Assembly: GCA_965216615.1 (NCBI GenBank)
Contig: CBDCGH010000014.1
Location: 24,369 to 88,368 of the forward strand
DNA length: 64,000 nucleotides
Reading direction: 5' to 3'
Source: Vicinamibacterales bacterium
Lineage (GTDB): Bacteria; Acidobacteriota; Vicinamibacteria; Vicinamibacterales; UBA8438
The notes under the pieces were generated by a model. That model saw only the letters and a list, made by a program, of their open reading frames with translations, was not told the DNA's origin and did not search any database. Both the position numbers and the translations under genes were made by a program. Below, piece by piece: positions 53,178 to 64,000 of the stretch. Position 1 is the first letter of the stretch; each line of letters opens with the position of its first letter.

Positions 53178-54150
53178 GCTCTGGCGTTCGCGAGAGTATC
53201 ATGGGACGAGGCTGATCGTGCCCTACTGTCGCGCCATCGTCGGTCTCTCCGTCGTACTCGTCGTCCTGTCCTGGGCGACCGACTTGCCTGATGCCCAGGA
53301 GTTCCGCGCCGGGGTCGATCTCGTCCAGGTGACCGTGACGGTTCGCGACGAGACGGGGCGTCTCGTCGAGGACCTCCAGGCCAGCGAATTCGACGTGTTC
53401 GAAGACGGCCGACCGCAGACCGTCACCCAGTTTCAGCGCGGGCGGGTGCCGGTGAGCCTGGGCGTTCTACTCGACGTGAGCGAGAGTATGTACGGCCAGC
53501 GGATGACCGATGCCAGCGCGGCCCTCGATCGGTTCCTCGTGGACCTCCTGAGCGCGACCGACGAGGCCTTCCTCGTGGTGTTCAACCACGATCCATCTCT
53601 GCACGAGGGGTGGACGCTCAATCCGGCCACGCTGGGAGGGCGACTGGTGAACGTGCGTCCCTACGGCGCGACGGCGATCTACGACGCGATGACCTTGGCC
53701 ATGCCCTTGTTTCGGTCGCGGTCGCACCAGCGCGCCGCGGTCGTGTTGATTTCCGATGGCTCCGACACGGCGAGCGACGCGCACGCGCGCGAGGTCTTGA
53801 CGCAGGTACGTCAATCCGACGCCTTCGTCTATGCCGTCGCCATCGATGCCCCTGAATCCCGTCCGATCAACGACCGCGTGAACCTCCATACCCTCCGGGA
53901 AATCACCGACGAGAGCGGTGGGTATACGGAGGTGATTCACGATAGTCCCGACTTGGGCCCGGCAACGGAACGGATCGCCGAAGAGCTGAACCACCAGTAC
54001 ACGCTGGGGTACACACCGGACCATCCCCCCGATCGGCGATACCACAGGATTCGCGTGGCGGTGAAGAAGCCGGGCAAATACTCCGTACGGGCGCGGCGTG
54101 GCTATGTCGCGGACCCGGACGGATGGCGCCGCAGCGTCCCGGGACGTTAG
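53176..54150 (+). CDS. VWA-domain protein (acidobacterial VWFA-related type)
   Basis: [44 protein letters not shown] is followed by a VWA core ([28 protein letters not shown]). The start is uncertain (ATG 53176 or GTG 53218). Confidence 0.7.
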   Translation: MLWRSREYHGTRLIVPYCRAIVGLSVVLVVLSWATDLPDAQEFRAGVDLVQVTVTVRDETGRLVEDLQASEFDVFEDGRPQTVTQFQRGRVPVSLGVLLDVSESMYGQRMTDASAALDRFLVDLLSATDEAFLVVFNHDPSLHEGWTLNPATLGGRLVNVRPYGATAIYDAMTLAMPLFRSRSHQRAAVVLISDGSDTASDAHAREVLTQVRQSDAFVYAVAIDAPESRPINDRVNLHTLREITDESGGYTEVIHDSPDLGPATERIAEELNHQYTLGYTPDHPPDRRYHRIRVAVKKPGKYSVRARRGYVADPDGWRRSVPGR

Positions 54151-54163
54151 CGGCGGCCGCGTC

Positions 54164-54853
54164 GTGTATGGTGAGACGGTGACTGTCCTCGCAGCGACAG
54201 ACATCTACAAGAGCTATCGCCACGGCGGGCGAGCAGTCGAGGCGGTCCGTGGCGTCACGCTGACGCTCGCAGCCGGGGAGCACGTGTCCCTTGTGGGTCC
54301 CTCCGGGTGTGGCAAGTCGACGCTGCTCCACATTTGCGGCGCGATGGACCGTCCCACCCAGGGTGATGTCAGCCTCGAGGGACACTCGATGAGTGAGCTC
54401 GACGACGACGCCCTGACGCGTGTTCGGCGGCGTCGGATCGGATTTGTCTTCCAGTTCTTCAATCTCCTCCCGACCCTCACCGTGCGCCAGAACATCGGCC
54501 TACCGCTGTTGTTGGACGGTCAAGCGGACACGGATGCGGAGGGCCGCGCTGAGAGCTTGGCGGCGCGAGTCGGACTGTCGTCCCGCCTGGATCACTATCC
54601 CCAGCAGCTGTCTGGCGGTGAAGCGCAGCGCGCCGCGATGGCTCGGGCCGTGATTCATCGGCCGGCCGTGCTGATCGCTGACGAGCCCACGGGCAACCTC
54701 GATACCGAGAATGGTTCCCAGGTGCTCGACCTGTTGCTGGAGCTCAACGTCCAGTCAGATATGGCGATCTTGCTGGCCACCCATGACCCGGCAATAGCGG
54801 CCAAGGCATCTCGCATCGTGCGGATGCGGGACGGTATCGAGATCGGTTCGTGA
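54164..54853 (+). CDS. ABC transporter ATP-binding protein (LolD/MacB/AttE-like)
   Basis: Walker [10 protein letters not shown], signature LSGGEAQR, Walker B VLIADEPT. The start is GTG 54164 or 54179. The track ORF start at 54098 lies inside the VWA gene. Confidence 0.85.
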   Translation: MYGETVTVLAATDIYKSYRHGGRAVEAVRGVTLTLAAGEHVSLVGPSGCGKSTLLHICGAMDRPTQGDVSLEGHSMSELDDDALTRVRRRRIGFVFQFFNLLPTLTVRQNIGLPLLLDGQADTDAEGRAESLAARVGLSSRLDHYPQQLSGGEAQRAAMARAVIHRPAVLIADEPTGNLDTENGSQVLDLLLELNVQSDMAILLATHDPAIAAKASRIVRMRDGIEIGS

Positions 54854-57435
54854 AGCTGTTTCGCTGGTTCATCCTCAGACCGCTGCGTCGCGAGCCGCTA
54901 CGAAGTGGACTGACGGTTGCCGGAATCGCGCTCGGCATTGCCGTTGTACTCGCGATCCGTCTGACCAATGAGTCCTCGGTCAGAGGCTTCGCGGTGGCCT
55001 TGGATGCTGTCTCGGGCCGCACCTCGCTGGAGATCGTCGGACCTGGGATCGGCGTCGACGAGGATCTCCTCAGCGAACTGGGCTGGCTGAGGGGATTCGG
55101 GCGGTTGAGTCCTGTCATCGATGGCGACGCTCTCGTCCGAGGTCTTGATGGGAAGAATGTCGGCCCGGAGCAAGTTAGGGTGCTCGGCGTCGACATCTTG
55201 CGGGACGAGGCCTTTCGTGAGTACTCGCTCGCCGACACCGGCTCGGCGCCGGTCGTCACGACTCAAGACTTTCTGACGCTCTTGACCGACCCGCGGGCGC
55301 TTGTCCTGACGAGCACGTTCGCATCCAGACACGGTCTTGCCGTCGGCGACGAGGTCGAGCTCGTGGCCGGCGGCGGAGCCGTCCGTCTGGTCGTCCGCGG
55401 GACGCTGGGCGACGATGGTCCGGCGAGCGCGCGTGACGGCAACATCGCGCTCATGGATATCGCTGCCGCGCAGATGGCGCTCGGGCGCCTCGGCGTAGTC
55501 GACCGCGTCGACGTGCAGCTCGAGGATCCGTCAGCGATCGAGGCCTCGGAGCTCGCAATCGCCGATCGACTGCCGCCCGGTTTGTCGGTCCAACGACCGG
55601 AGCGACGGGGGGCTCAGGTCGAGAAGATGCTCGCGGCCTTTCATTTCAACCTCTCGGCGCTGTCGTACATTGCCCTCCTCGTGGGCTTGTTTCTGGTCTA
55701 CAACACGGTGTCGGTGTCGGTCATCACTCGCCGCGATGAGATCGGCATGCTCCGGACCGTTGGAGCCGGCCGTCGCACGGTGCTTGCGCTGTTCCTGGGT
55801 GAAGCCGTGTGTCTTGCCTGTCTCGGTTGCGCGCTTGGCGCACCGCTCGGATGGGGTTTGGCGTACCTGACCGTAGGCTTGACGTCATCGACGGTGAGCC
55901 AGTTCTGGGTGGCTTCGGCGGCAACGGTCCCACCGTTGGAAGCGGCGGACATCGCGATTGGCTTTGCCTTCGGGCTGCCGTTGGCGGTTGTCGCCGCGTT
56001 GATGCCCGCGCTGGAGGCGGCCCGCATGACGCCAGTCGCGGTCGTTCGTGACGAGCGCAACCTCCTCGTGCGGGAACGCTTGCCGCGCCGCTATCTCGCC
56101 GGCACCGCCTGCCTGTTCGGTATCGGAGGGTGGTGTGCCACCCGGCCCCCGGTTGACGATCTGCCCCTATTTGGTCTGGCGGCAGCATTGTGCGTCGTGC
56201 TCGGCGCTGCGCTCATGACGCCGGTGGTGCTTCACGGTGTGCAGCGGTTAGGGAAGGACCGGAGGCTTGGCCTCGCGATCATGCTCGCACGCTCGAACAT
56301 GAGCGCGTCTATTCGACGGGTGTCGATCTCGGTGGCGGCGCTTGCCGTCAGTCTCGCGATGATGGTCGCCATCGCCGTCATGATCGGTAGCTTCCGATCA
56401 ACGGTCGTTTACTGGGTCGGCCAAACGCTCGAAGCCGATCTCTTCGTCGCGGGTGGTCGGGCTGGACCGTTAGCCGACCGTTCCGCCGTCTCGGCGGAGG
56501 TTGAGCAGATCATCGCCGCGCACCCGGCCACGGTGGCGATTGACGGCTTTCGTAGCATCGACGTCCCGTACGGCGATTCGCTGGTCATTGTCGGTTCCGG
56601 TCGCTTCCCGGTCATGCTCGAGCACGGCAACCTCCTATTCAAAGCGCCAGAGGACGGACCGGAGGCGATGACCTCCGCGATTGGGAACGACGCCGTCGTC
56701 GTCTCGGAGAGCTTCGCGCTGAGGCATGGGATGGGGGTTGGCGATCAGGTGTTTCTCCCTACTCGGGACGGTCCCTCGGACTTTCGCATAGCAGGGGTGT
56801 ATTTCGACTACTCGAGCGATCGGGGCCTCATCGTCATGGATGAACCGGTCTTTGATGCGCACTACGACGCGCGGCGTCCATCGGGTCTTACCGTCTACCT
56901 CGACGGCGGGTCCGAGCCAGGGCAAGTCCGATCGGAGATTCTCGCCAGCGTCGGCTCTCAGCAGCCGGTGTTTGTGGCGACCAACGCGTTATTGCGCGCG
57001 CAGGTGCTCGAAATCTTCGACAGTACCTTCGCGATTACCTATGCACTCGAAGGCATCGCGATCCTAGTATCGATGCTCGGAGTGGCGACGACGTTGTTGA
57101 CGCTCGTACTCGAACGGCGGCGGGATATCGCGATGTTGCGGCTGGTTGGGGCGGAGCGACGTCATGTTCGGCAGGTCATCATGGCGGAAGCGGGAATGCT
57201 CGGTCTCGTGAGCCTCGGGATCGGACTCGGAGTGGGCTTGGTCCTGTCGGTCATTCTGATCTTTGTCATCAACGTGCAAAGCTTCGGGTGGACGATCCAG
57301 TTCGATCTCCCGACCACGTTTCTCGTCCAGGCTGGGGTGGTGATCCTCGTGGCGACGGTCCTTGCCGGTTTGTATCCCGCGCGGCTAGCCGGCCGCATGA
57401 CACTGGCTGATCTCGCGGTCGAAGAGGCAGAGTAG
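54850..57435 (+). CDS. FtsX-like ABC permease (two FtsX modules, 861 aa)
   Basis: It starts with an ATGA overlap onto the ATPase gene. The TM/periplasmic/TM3 architecture is repeated twice. Confidence 0.85.
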   Translation: MKLFRWFILRPLRREPLRSGLTVAGIALGIAVVLAIRLTNESSVRGFAVALDAVSGRTSLEIVGPGIGVDEDLLSELGWLRGFGRLSPVIDGDALVRGLDGKNVGPEQVRVLGVDILRDEAFREYSLADTGSAPVVTTQDFLTLLTDPRALVLTSTFASRHGLAVGDEVELVAGGGAVRLVVRGTLGDDGPASARDGNIALMDIAAAQMALGRLGVVDRVDVQLEDPSAIEASELAIADRLPPGLSVQRPERRGAQVEKMLAAFHFNLSALSYIALLVGLFLVYNTVSVSVITRRDEIGMLRTVGAGRRTVLALFLGEAVCLACLGCALGAPLGWGLAYLTVGLTSSTVSQFWVASAATVPPLEAADIAIGFAFGLPLAVVAALMPALEAARMTPVAVVRDERNLLVRERLPRRYLAGTACLFGIGGWCATRPPVDDLPLFGLAAALCVVLGAALMTPVVLHGVQRLGKDRRLGLAIMLARSNMSASIRRVSISVAALAVSLAMMVAIAVMIGSFRSTVVYWVGQTLEADLFVAGGRAGPLADRSAVSAEVEQIIAAHPATVAIDGFRSIDVPYGDSLVIVGSGRFPVMLEHGNLLFKAPEDGPEAMTSAIGNDAVVVSESFALRHGMGVGDQVFLPTRDGPSDFRIAGVYFDYSSDRGLIVMDEPVFDAHYDARRPSGLTVYLDGGSEPGQVRSEILASVGSQQPVFVATNALLRAQVLEIFDSTFAITYALEGIAILVSMLGVATTLLTLVLERRRDIAMLRLVGAERRHVRQVIMAEAGMLGLVSLGIGLGVGLVLSVILIFVINVQSFGWTIQFDLPTTFLVQAGVVILVATVLAGLYPARLAGRMTLADLAVEEAE

Positions 57436-57442
57436 GCCTGAC

Positions 57443-58561
57443 ATGCCGTCATCTCTTCTTCGTTTCCTTGCCCTCGGACTGGTCGCCACGACGGTGGCCG
57501 TTCCGGTCTCGCAGGAAGCGTCCGAATGGCGCCAGGCGACGTCGGGGCGGCCGTTGGTCTTTCCAGCCGATCACGCGAGCCATCCCGAGTATCGAGTCGA
57601 GTGGTGGTACTACACGGGCCATCTCGACACCAAGGACGGGCGCCGGTTCGGCTATCAGGTCACCTTTTTTCGGGTCGGCATTGATCGAGAACCAGAGAAC
57701 CCTTCACGGTGGGCCGTTCGTGATCTCTTCATGACCCACCTGGCGGTCACCGATGTCGACCGCGAGCGCCATTTCGTCGACGAGCGACTCAATCGAGCCG
57801 GGGTCGGGTGGGCCGGCGCTCGGACAGACCGCCTCGAGGTGTGGAACGAAGATTGGAAGCTTCAATCCGATGCGGACGCCCAGGTACTGAATCTCACTAG
57901 CCGTGATCGCAGCTTCGGTGTCTCGCTCCGATTGGGCGAAGACCGACGGCCGGTCCTCCATGGCCGAGACGGCTTTAGTCAGAAGGGCTCGGACACCGGC
58001 AACGCCTCGCATTACTACTCGCTGACCCGGATGCCGACGGAGGGACAGGTCACGATCGGGGGCGAGGTGCTGGACGTGAAGGGGCTTAGCTGGATGGATC
58101 ACGAGTTTGGCAGCAGCTTCCTGGAGCCGTCGCAGAGAGGGTGGGACTGGTTTTCGTTGCAGCTCGACGACGGCAGCGATCTGATGGTCTACGTGCTTCG
58201 GCAGGACGGTCGGGTTGCGCACCCCCAATCGAGCGGCACGTGGGTCACTCGTGACCTCGAAGTCTCCCACCTAGGGGTCGACGATTTCCGACTCGTGCCC
58301 GGGCGTGTCTGGACGTCGCCGTCGAGCGGTGGCCGCTATCCGGTGGAGTGGCGCGTTGACGTGCCGGGGATTGGACTCACGCTGGACGTTCGCGCCGTCG
58401 TCGACGAACAGGAGCTCGACACCGCCCGCTCGACCGGTGTGACCTACTGGGAAGGCGCGGTGGACGTCATCGGCACCCGAGACGGACGACCGCTGAAAGG
58501 GCGCGGCTATCTAGAGATGACCGGGTATGTCGGCCAACCGATGAGCGCCGTGCTACGGTAA
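57443..58561 (+). CDS. AttH/CrtC-like (hydroxyneurosporene-synthase fold, lipocalin-like) exported protein
   Basis: HPEYRVEWWYYTGHL...GYQVTFFR and ...WMDHEFGS are typical of the AttH/CrtC family. Confidence 0.65.
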   Translation: MPSSLLRFLALGLVATTVAVPVSQEASEWRQATSGRPLVFPADHASHPEYRVEWWYYTGHLDTKDGRRFGYQVTFFRVGIDREPENPSRWAVRDLFMTHLAVTDVDRERHFVDERLNRAGVGWAGARTDRLEVWNEDWKLQSDADAQVLNLTSRDRSFGVSLRLGEDRRPVLHGRDGFSQKGSDTGNASHYYSLTRMPTEGQVTIGGEVLDVKGLSWMDHEFGSSFLEPSQRGWDWFSLQLDDGSDLMVYVLRQDGRVAHPQSSGTWVTRDLEVSHLGVDDFRLVPGRVWTSPSSGGRYPVEWRVDVPGIGLTLDVRAVVDEQELDTARSTGVTYWEGAVDVIGTRDGRPLKGRGYLEMTGYVGQPMSAVLR

Positions 58562-58579
58562 AATATACGGGGAGTGCTT

Positions 58580-58948
58580 ATGTCTCGAACCTTTCGTGTC
58601 ACGTGCTGGGCGGGTGCTCTAGCGATGCTGTCGGTCGTCTCGGTGCTCGCGCACCTGGCGCCGACGAAGAGCCTGCCTGAGGCCGAGGCGGTGCTGACGG
58701 ATACTCCGGATCAAGTGCAGGTCTGGTTCACGCAGGAGCCGGATCCGGCCGTGAGTCGGCTCACCCTGGAGGGGCCCGCCGGTGGCATCGACATCGGCGA
58801 GACCACTGTTGCGAAGGACAAGTCACTGCGGGCTGACGTTTCTGTCCAGCTTGTTCCTGGCGGCTACACGCTGAAGTGGCGAACCGCTGGCGACGACGGG
58901 CACGTCAGGCGGGGCGACATCGCCTTCCGAGTACGTCCAGCTGACTAG
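58580..58948 (+). CDS. copC: CopC-domain copper-binding periplasmic protein
   Basis: The signal peptide ends ..SVLA, giving a mature N-terminus HLAPTKSLPEAEAVL. ...YTLKWRTAGDDGHVRRGDIAFRV is CopC-like. Confidence 0.75.
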   Translation: MSRTFRVTCWAGALAMLSVVSVLAHLAPTKSLPEAEAVLTDTPDQVQVWFTQEPDPAVSRLTLEGPAGGIDIGETTVAKDKSLRADVSVQLVPGGYTLKWRTAGDDGHVRRGDIAFRVRPAD

Positions 58949-59005
58949 TGGAGAGCGGCGGCGCTCCACGAGTCGCGCCATACGCCGCGGACTACCGCGT
59001 GCGCC

Positions 59006-59929
59006 ATGTCGGGTGAGACCCTAGCCCTCATCTATCTCTCGACCGCCAAGTTCATCACCTACCTCGGGCTTTTTGGTTTGACAGGTGCGACGGTTGCACG
59101 CCTGTTCGTCGTCGGCCAGGCTCTACGCCGTCGTGATCTCGAACAGCCCGAGGAGGCAGCACTCTGCCGACGGGCTCGGCAGGTCGCGCTGGTCTCAGCC
59201 AGCCTCCTCGCGACGGCGGTGCTGGCGCGCGTCTACGCGCAAACCTATTCGGCGTTCGGGGTCGACGAAGGGGTGACCTTCGAGCTGCTGCGCGTGGTTG
59301 CTTTCGAGAGCCGCTGGGGAAGTCGTTGGCTGCTCCAGCTGTGGGCCACGGTTCTGGCCGTTGCAGCAGCGGTGCTGCTGGTGCGGAGTCCTAAGCCGGG
59401 ATGGTGGCTGATCGCCATCGGGGTGGGTTCCGTCGCGGCAACGCTGCCGACCACGGGGCATGCGATGGCACATCAGGTCGGTATGCTGCTGCAGGTTGGC
59501 CACATCCTTGCGGGCGGGCTATGGCTTGGCACATTGGCGGTGCTCGTCTTCGCCGTTGTCTCGTCAGGGCAGTCGGCACGGGGTGCCAACTGTGGGATGA
59601 CGGCCACGTTGATCAATGCCTTCTCGCCTCTGGCAGTCGGCGCCGTCATAACGGTCGTCCTGACGGGTGTTGCTACGGCGGTGGTCTACCTCGAGCAGTG
59701 GAGCGACCTCTGGGAGACAGGCTACGGACAAGTCCTTGTCGGCAAGATCATGCTGATGCTCGCGACAGGGACGGTCGGGGCCTACAATTGGAGATTCCTC
59801 AGACCGCGGCTCGGCACGCCGGAGGCCGCCGGCCTATTAGTGCGGTCTAGCATCGTGGAGCTCACCCTCGCATGTATCGTCCTCATCGTGACAGCGGTTC
59901 TGGTTCATTTACCAATGCCAAGGGAGTAG
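59006..59929 (+). CDS. copD: CopD-family copper-resistance membrane protein
   Basis: About 8 TM spans, with His-containing motifs (TTGHAMAH, GHILAGGLWLG). It lies directly downstream of copC. Confidence 0.7.
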   Translation: MSGETLALIYLSTAKFITYLGLFGLTGATVARLFVVGQALRRRDLEQPEEAALCRRARQVALVSASLLATAVLARVYAQTYSAFGVDEGVTFELLRVVAFESRWGSRWLLQLWATVLAVAAAVLLVRSPKPGWWLIAIGVGSVAATLPTTGHAMAHQVGMLLQVGHILAGGLWLGTLAVLVFAVVSSGQSARGANCGMTATLINAFSPLAVGAVITVVLTGVATAVVYLEQWSDLWETGYGQVLVGKIMLMLATGTVGAYNWRFLRPRLGTPEAAGLLVRSSIVELTLACIVLIVTAVLVHLPMPRE

Positions 59930-59982
59930 TGGAAGCGGTCTGGCCGATCGCGGCGCGAGGAATGTCGAGGTAGCGCCGCGAG

Positions 59983-60360
59983 CTACGGGGCGGCTTCGGA
60001 CGCGTCAGATCCAGAGGCGGCGTCGGGTGCACCGCTGGCCTCAGCTTCGACGACTCCCACGACGTCATCCCAGTCGTGCATGTTGATCGCGTCGTAGTCG
60101 GCTGGACATCCGAAATCCCGCGGCTGCGGAGCCGTGGGGTTGCCCAGCGTGACGCAGAGGCCACAGCCGATGCACTTGTCGATACGAACGGCGCACACCC
60201 ACCGGTCGTTCGCGTCCTTTTCTTCGATGATGCAGTCCTCGACGGGGCAGGCGGCCTGACAGATAGAACACGCGAACGCACCGAAACAGCTCTCTGGATC
60301 GATGACCGCAATCCGTTTAGGCGCCCTCTTGCGAGGGTTGTTCATCATCTTGGTCCACAT
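59983..60360 (-). CDS. 4Fe-4S dicluster ferredoxin-domain protein with an acidic tail
   Basis: Cys clusters CSICQAACP and CIGCGLCV...CP. Confidence 0.7.
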   Translation of the reverse strand: MWTKMMNNPRKRAPKRIAVIDPESCFGAFACSICQAACPVEDCIIEEKDANDRWVCAVRIDKCIGCGLCVTLGNPTAPQPRDFGCPADYDAINMHDWDDVVGVVEAEASGAPDAASGSDASEAAP

Positions 60361-60371
60361 AATCCCGCCTA

Positions 60372-60872
60372 TTATACCTGGTCGCGCGGGCGCAGTCTGA
60401 CGAGCGGGTGTCCCGGCTCGACGAGCTCGCCCTCTCGGCAGGCGAGCTGCTCAACGACGCCGCTGACCGGTGCGATGAGCGGCAGCTCCATTTTCATCGC
60501 CTCCAACAGAACGAGCGGGTCACCTTCCTCCACGTCCTGACCGACCGACACGAGGATGCGGGCCACGGTGGCTGGCATGGGCGCCTGCAGCGGATCGGGC
60601 CGATGGACGGCGGCCGCTCGGCCGCGGCTCGCGGTGAGCCGTTCGATCTCGTAGACCTCACCGTCGACGAATGTCCAGAGGCGGCCATCCGTCTCCACTA
60701 CCGAGACGCGTGTGCTGGATCCGTCGGGCGGGTCTTGGTCCACGCGAAAGGTGAACCGATCGAGGCGCGTGACGTGGAGCGGGTTTCCGTGTCCGGCGAC
60801 CTCGCACAACCCGTCATCGCCGACCTCGATGGAGTGTCGAGTATCCCCGATCGCCAGATCGATCGTTCTCAC
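60372..60872 (-). CDS. biotin carboxyl carrier (biotinyl/lipoyl) domain protein, the detached C-terminal part of a carboxylase alpha subunit
   Basis: EAMKME biotinylation motif. The GTG start overlaps the stop of the biotin carboxylase ORF (GTGA). Confidence 0.75.
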   Translation of the reverse strand: MRTIDLAIGDTRHSIEVGDDGLCEVAGHGNPLHVTRLDRFTFRVDQDPPDGSSTRVSVVETDGRLWTFVDGEVYEIERLTASRGRAAAVHRPDPLQAPMPATVARILVSVGQDVEEGDPLVLLEAMKMELPLIAPVSGVVEQLACREGELVEPGHPLVRLRPRDQV

Positions 60873-62385
60873 AGGGTGTCCCAGGGATCGGGCCAGTCAG
60901 GCGCAGAGGACGTCGAGTATCTGTCCTGACCAGCGGCGGTCGTTTCAGCGAGCGCCGCGGCAGCGAGTGCTGTGTCGAGATGGGTACGCTGGGCGTCCGC
61001 TAGTCGGGACTGAATGTCTGATCGAGCCTCCTGAAGCAGTCCCGTGTCGATCTGGCCTGCGACGAACCGAGGGAGTTCGAGCACGTGGCGCAGAAAGGAC
61101 ACGTTGGTGCGTACGCCGAGTACGACGTAGCGCCGGAGAGCATCGATGGCGCGGCGCCGAGCCCACTCCCGCGTGTCGCCGTGGGTCGCGACCTTCGCGA
61201 GTAAGGGATCGTACTGAACGGGGACGACGCCACCCTCGTGCACGCCGCTATCCACGCGAATCCCTGGCCCGGTGGGCTCTCGATACAGCGCGATCGTGCC
61301 TGCCTGGGGCAGAAAGTCTGAACCCGGATCTTCCGCATACACCCGACATTCGATCGCATGACCGCGGGAGACGATTGCTGATTGCTCCCAGCGTAGCGGT
61401 GCGCCCGCGGCGATCTCGAACTGGGTTCGCACGAGATCGACGCCCGTGCACAGTTCGGTGATGGGATGTTCGACCTGCAGGCGGGTATTCATCTCCAGAA
61501 AGTAGAAGCGCGCGTCATCTCCATGGCCTTCGACGAGAAACTCGACGGTGCCGATGTTGTCGTACCCCGCAGCGCCCGCGACTTGGAGTGCCGCGCTGGC
61601 TACGGCGTCGCGCACGCCTGGCGACAGGATGAGCGAGGGGGTCTCTTCGATCACTTTTTGGTAGCGGCGCTGAACCGAACAGTCGCGCTCGAAGAAGTGG
61701 ACGAGGTTCCCGTGGTGGTCGCCGGCCACCTGGACTTCGACGTGACGGGGGTGATCGAGACGTCGCTCAACGTAGAGTGTCCCGTCAGTAAAGGCTGACT
61801 CAGCCTCGCGGCGAGCGGCGCCAACTTGCCGATTGACGTCTTCGGGCCCCTCGACGACTCGCATGCCCTTGCCGCCTCCACCGGCCGTCGGCTTGAGCAT
61901 GACCGGATAGCCGACCGCAGTAATCGCGTGGCGCAATCCCTCGAGCGATTGATCGGATGGCTCCTCACCCGGGACGACCGGGACACCGAGCGATTGCGCA
62001 AGCTGCCGGACCTCGATCTTGGACCCGGTTCTTGCGATCACGCCGGGCGAGGGGCCGACGAACACAAGTCCGGCATCTCGGCACGCGTTGGCAAAGTCCG
62101 GGTCTTCTGAGAGAAACCCGTAGCCGGGATGTACCGCATCGGCGCCATGTGCCCGCGCCGCATCGATGAGAGTCGGAATCGACAGATAACTTTCGGCGGG
62201 TGTTGTGCCGCCGATCGATGCGGTCTGATCGGCGAGCGCGAGATGTCGTGCGTGCGCATCGGTGTGCGAGTGGACGGCCACCGTTTCGATCCCAAGCGCG
62301 CGACAGGTGTGCATCACGCGCACCGCAACCTCGCCGCGGTTGGCGACGAGCACCCGTCGGATGGCCACCTGCTTCGGGACGGTAC

Positions 62386-62389
<4 letters not shown>
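60869..62389 (-). CDS. biotin carboxylase (acyl-CoA carboxylase alpha subunit, BC+BT part, no BCCP domain)
   Basis: ATP-grasp motifs [22 protein letters not shown] and [11 protein letters not shown]. Length is 506 aa. Confidence 0.9.
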
Positions 62390-63999
<1,610 letters not shown>

Positions 64000-64000
64000 T

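Overview
High-GC bacterial chromosomal segment. The gene content (DUF1592/DUF1552 pairs, an acidobacterial-type VWFA protein, many exported beta-propellers) suggests an Acidobacteriota-like origin, but this is inference only. I found no rRNA, tRNA or CRISPR. Layout from left to right: (1) 1-8 kb holds housekeeping and exported enzymes (MBL fragment, VOC protein, Dcp peptidase, NYN/OST-HTH protein fused in operon with typA, XRE regulator, PQQ-like propeller). (2) 8.4-22.5 kb holds a frameshifted cytochrome c'-like gene and a CusRS-like two-component system divergent from a DUF6152-like gene. These are followed by a TonB-dependent receptor / membrane protein / ExbB-like / DUF2149-like / exported CobN(HmuS)-like / repeat-protein operon, then an exported hypothetical protein and a second DUF6152-like gene. 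(3) 22.5-26.2 kb is a 3,615-bp IS1595-family transposon-like unit with 23-bp inverted repeats (IRs) and an 8-bp target-site duplication (TSD). It sits in the U-tract of a bidirectional terminator. It carries an intact transposase, a nested defective IS630 element and decayed passenger genes. (4) 27.4-51.4 kb is an island of 16 consecutive genes that all encode exported or membrane proteins. It includes two paralogous copies of a module [DUF1552 <- DUF1592-type c-cytochrome] <-> [exported ankyrin protein -> redox protein] that share a conserved promoter. It also includes two PQQ dehydrogenases (one fused to a cupredoxin), two CarboxypepD_reg/CxxCH proteins, an MBL hydrolase, a YVTN propeller, a Tat-exported VOC protein and a cytochrome c'-like gene with two paralogous membrane proteins. 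This island is my best candidate for an undescribed system. (5) 51.5-64 kb holds an acyl-CoA synthetase, a VWFA protein, an AttEFGH-like ABC exporter with an AttH/CrtC-like protein, CopC/CopD, a ferredoxin, and a methylcrotonyl-CoA-carboxylase-like set whose alpha subunit is split. All family names come from recognising motifs by eye, since no database searches were possible.
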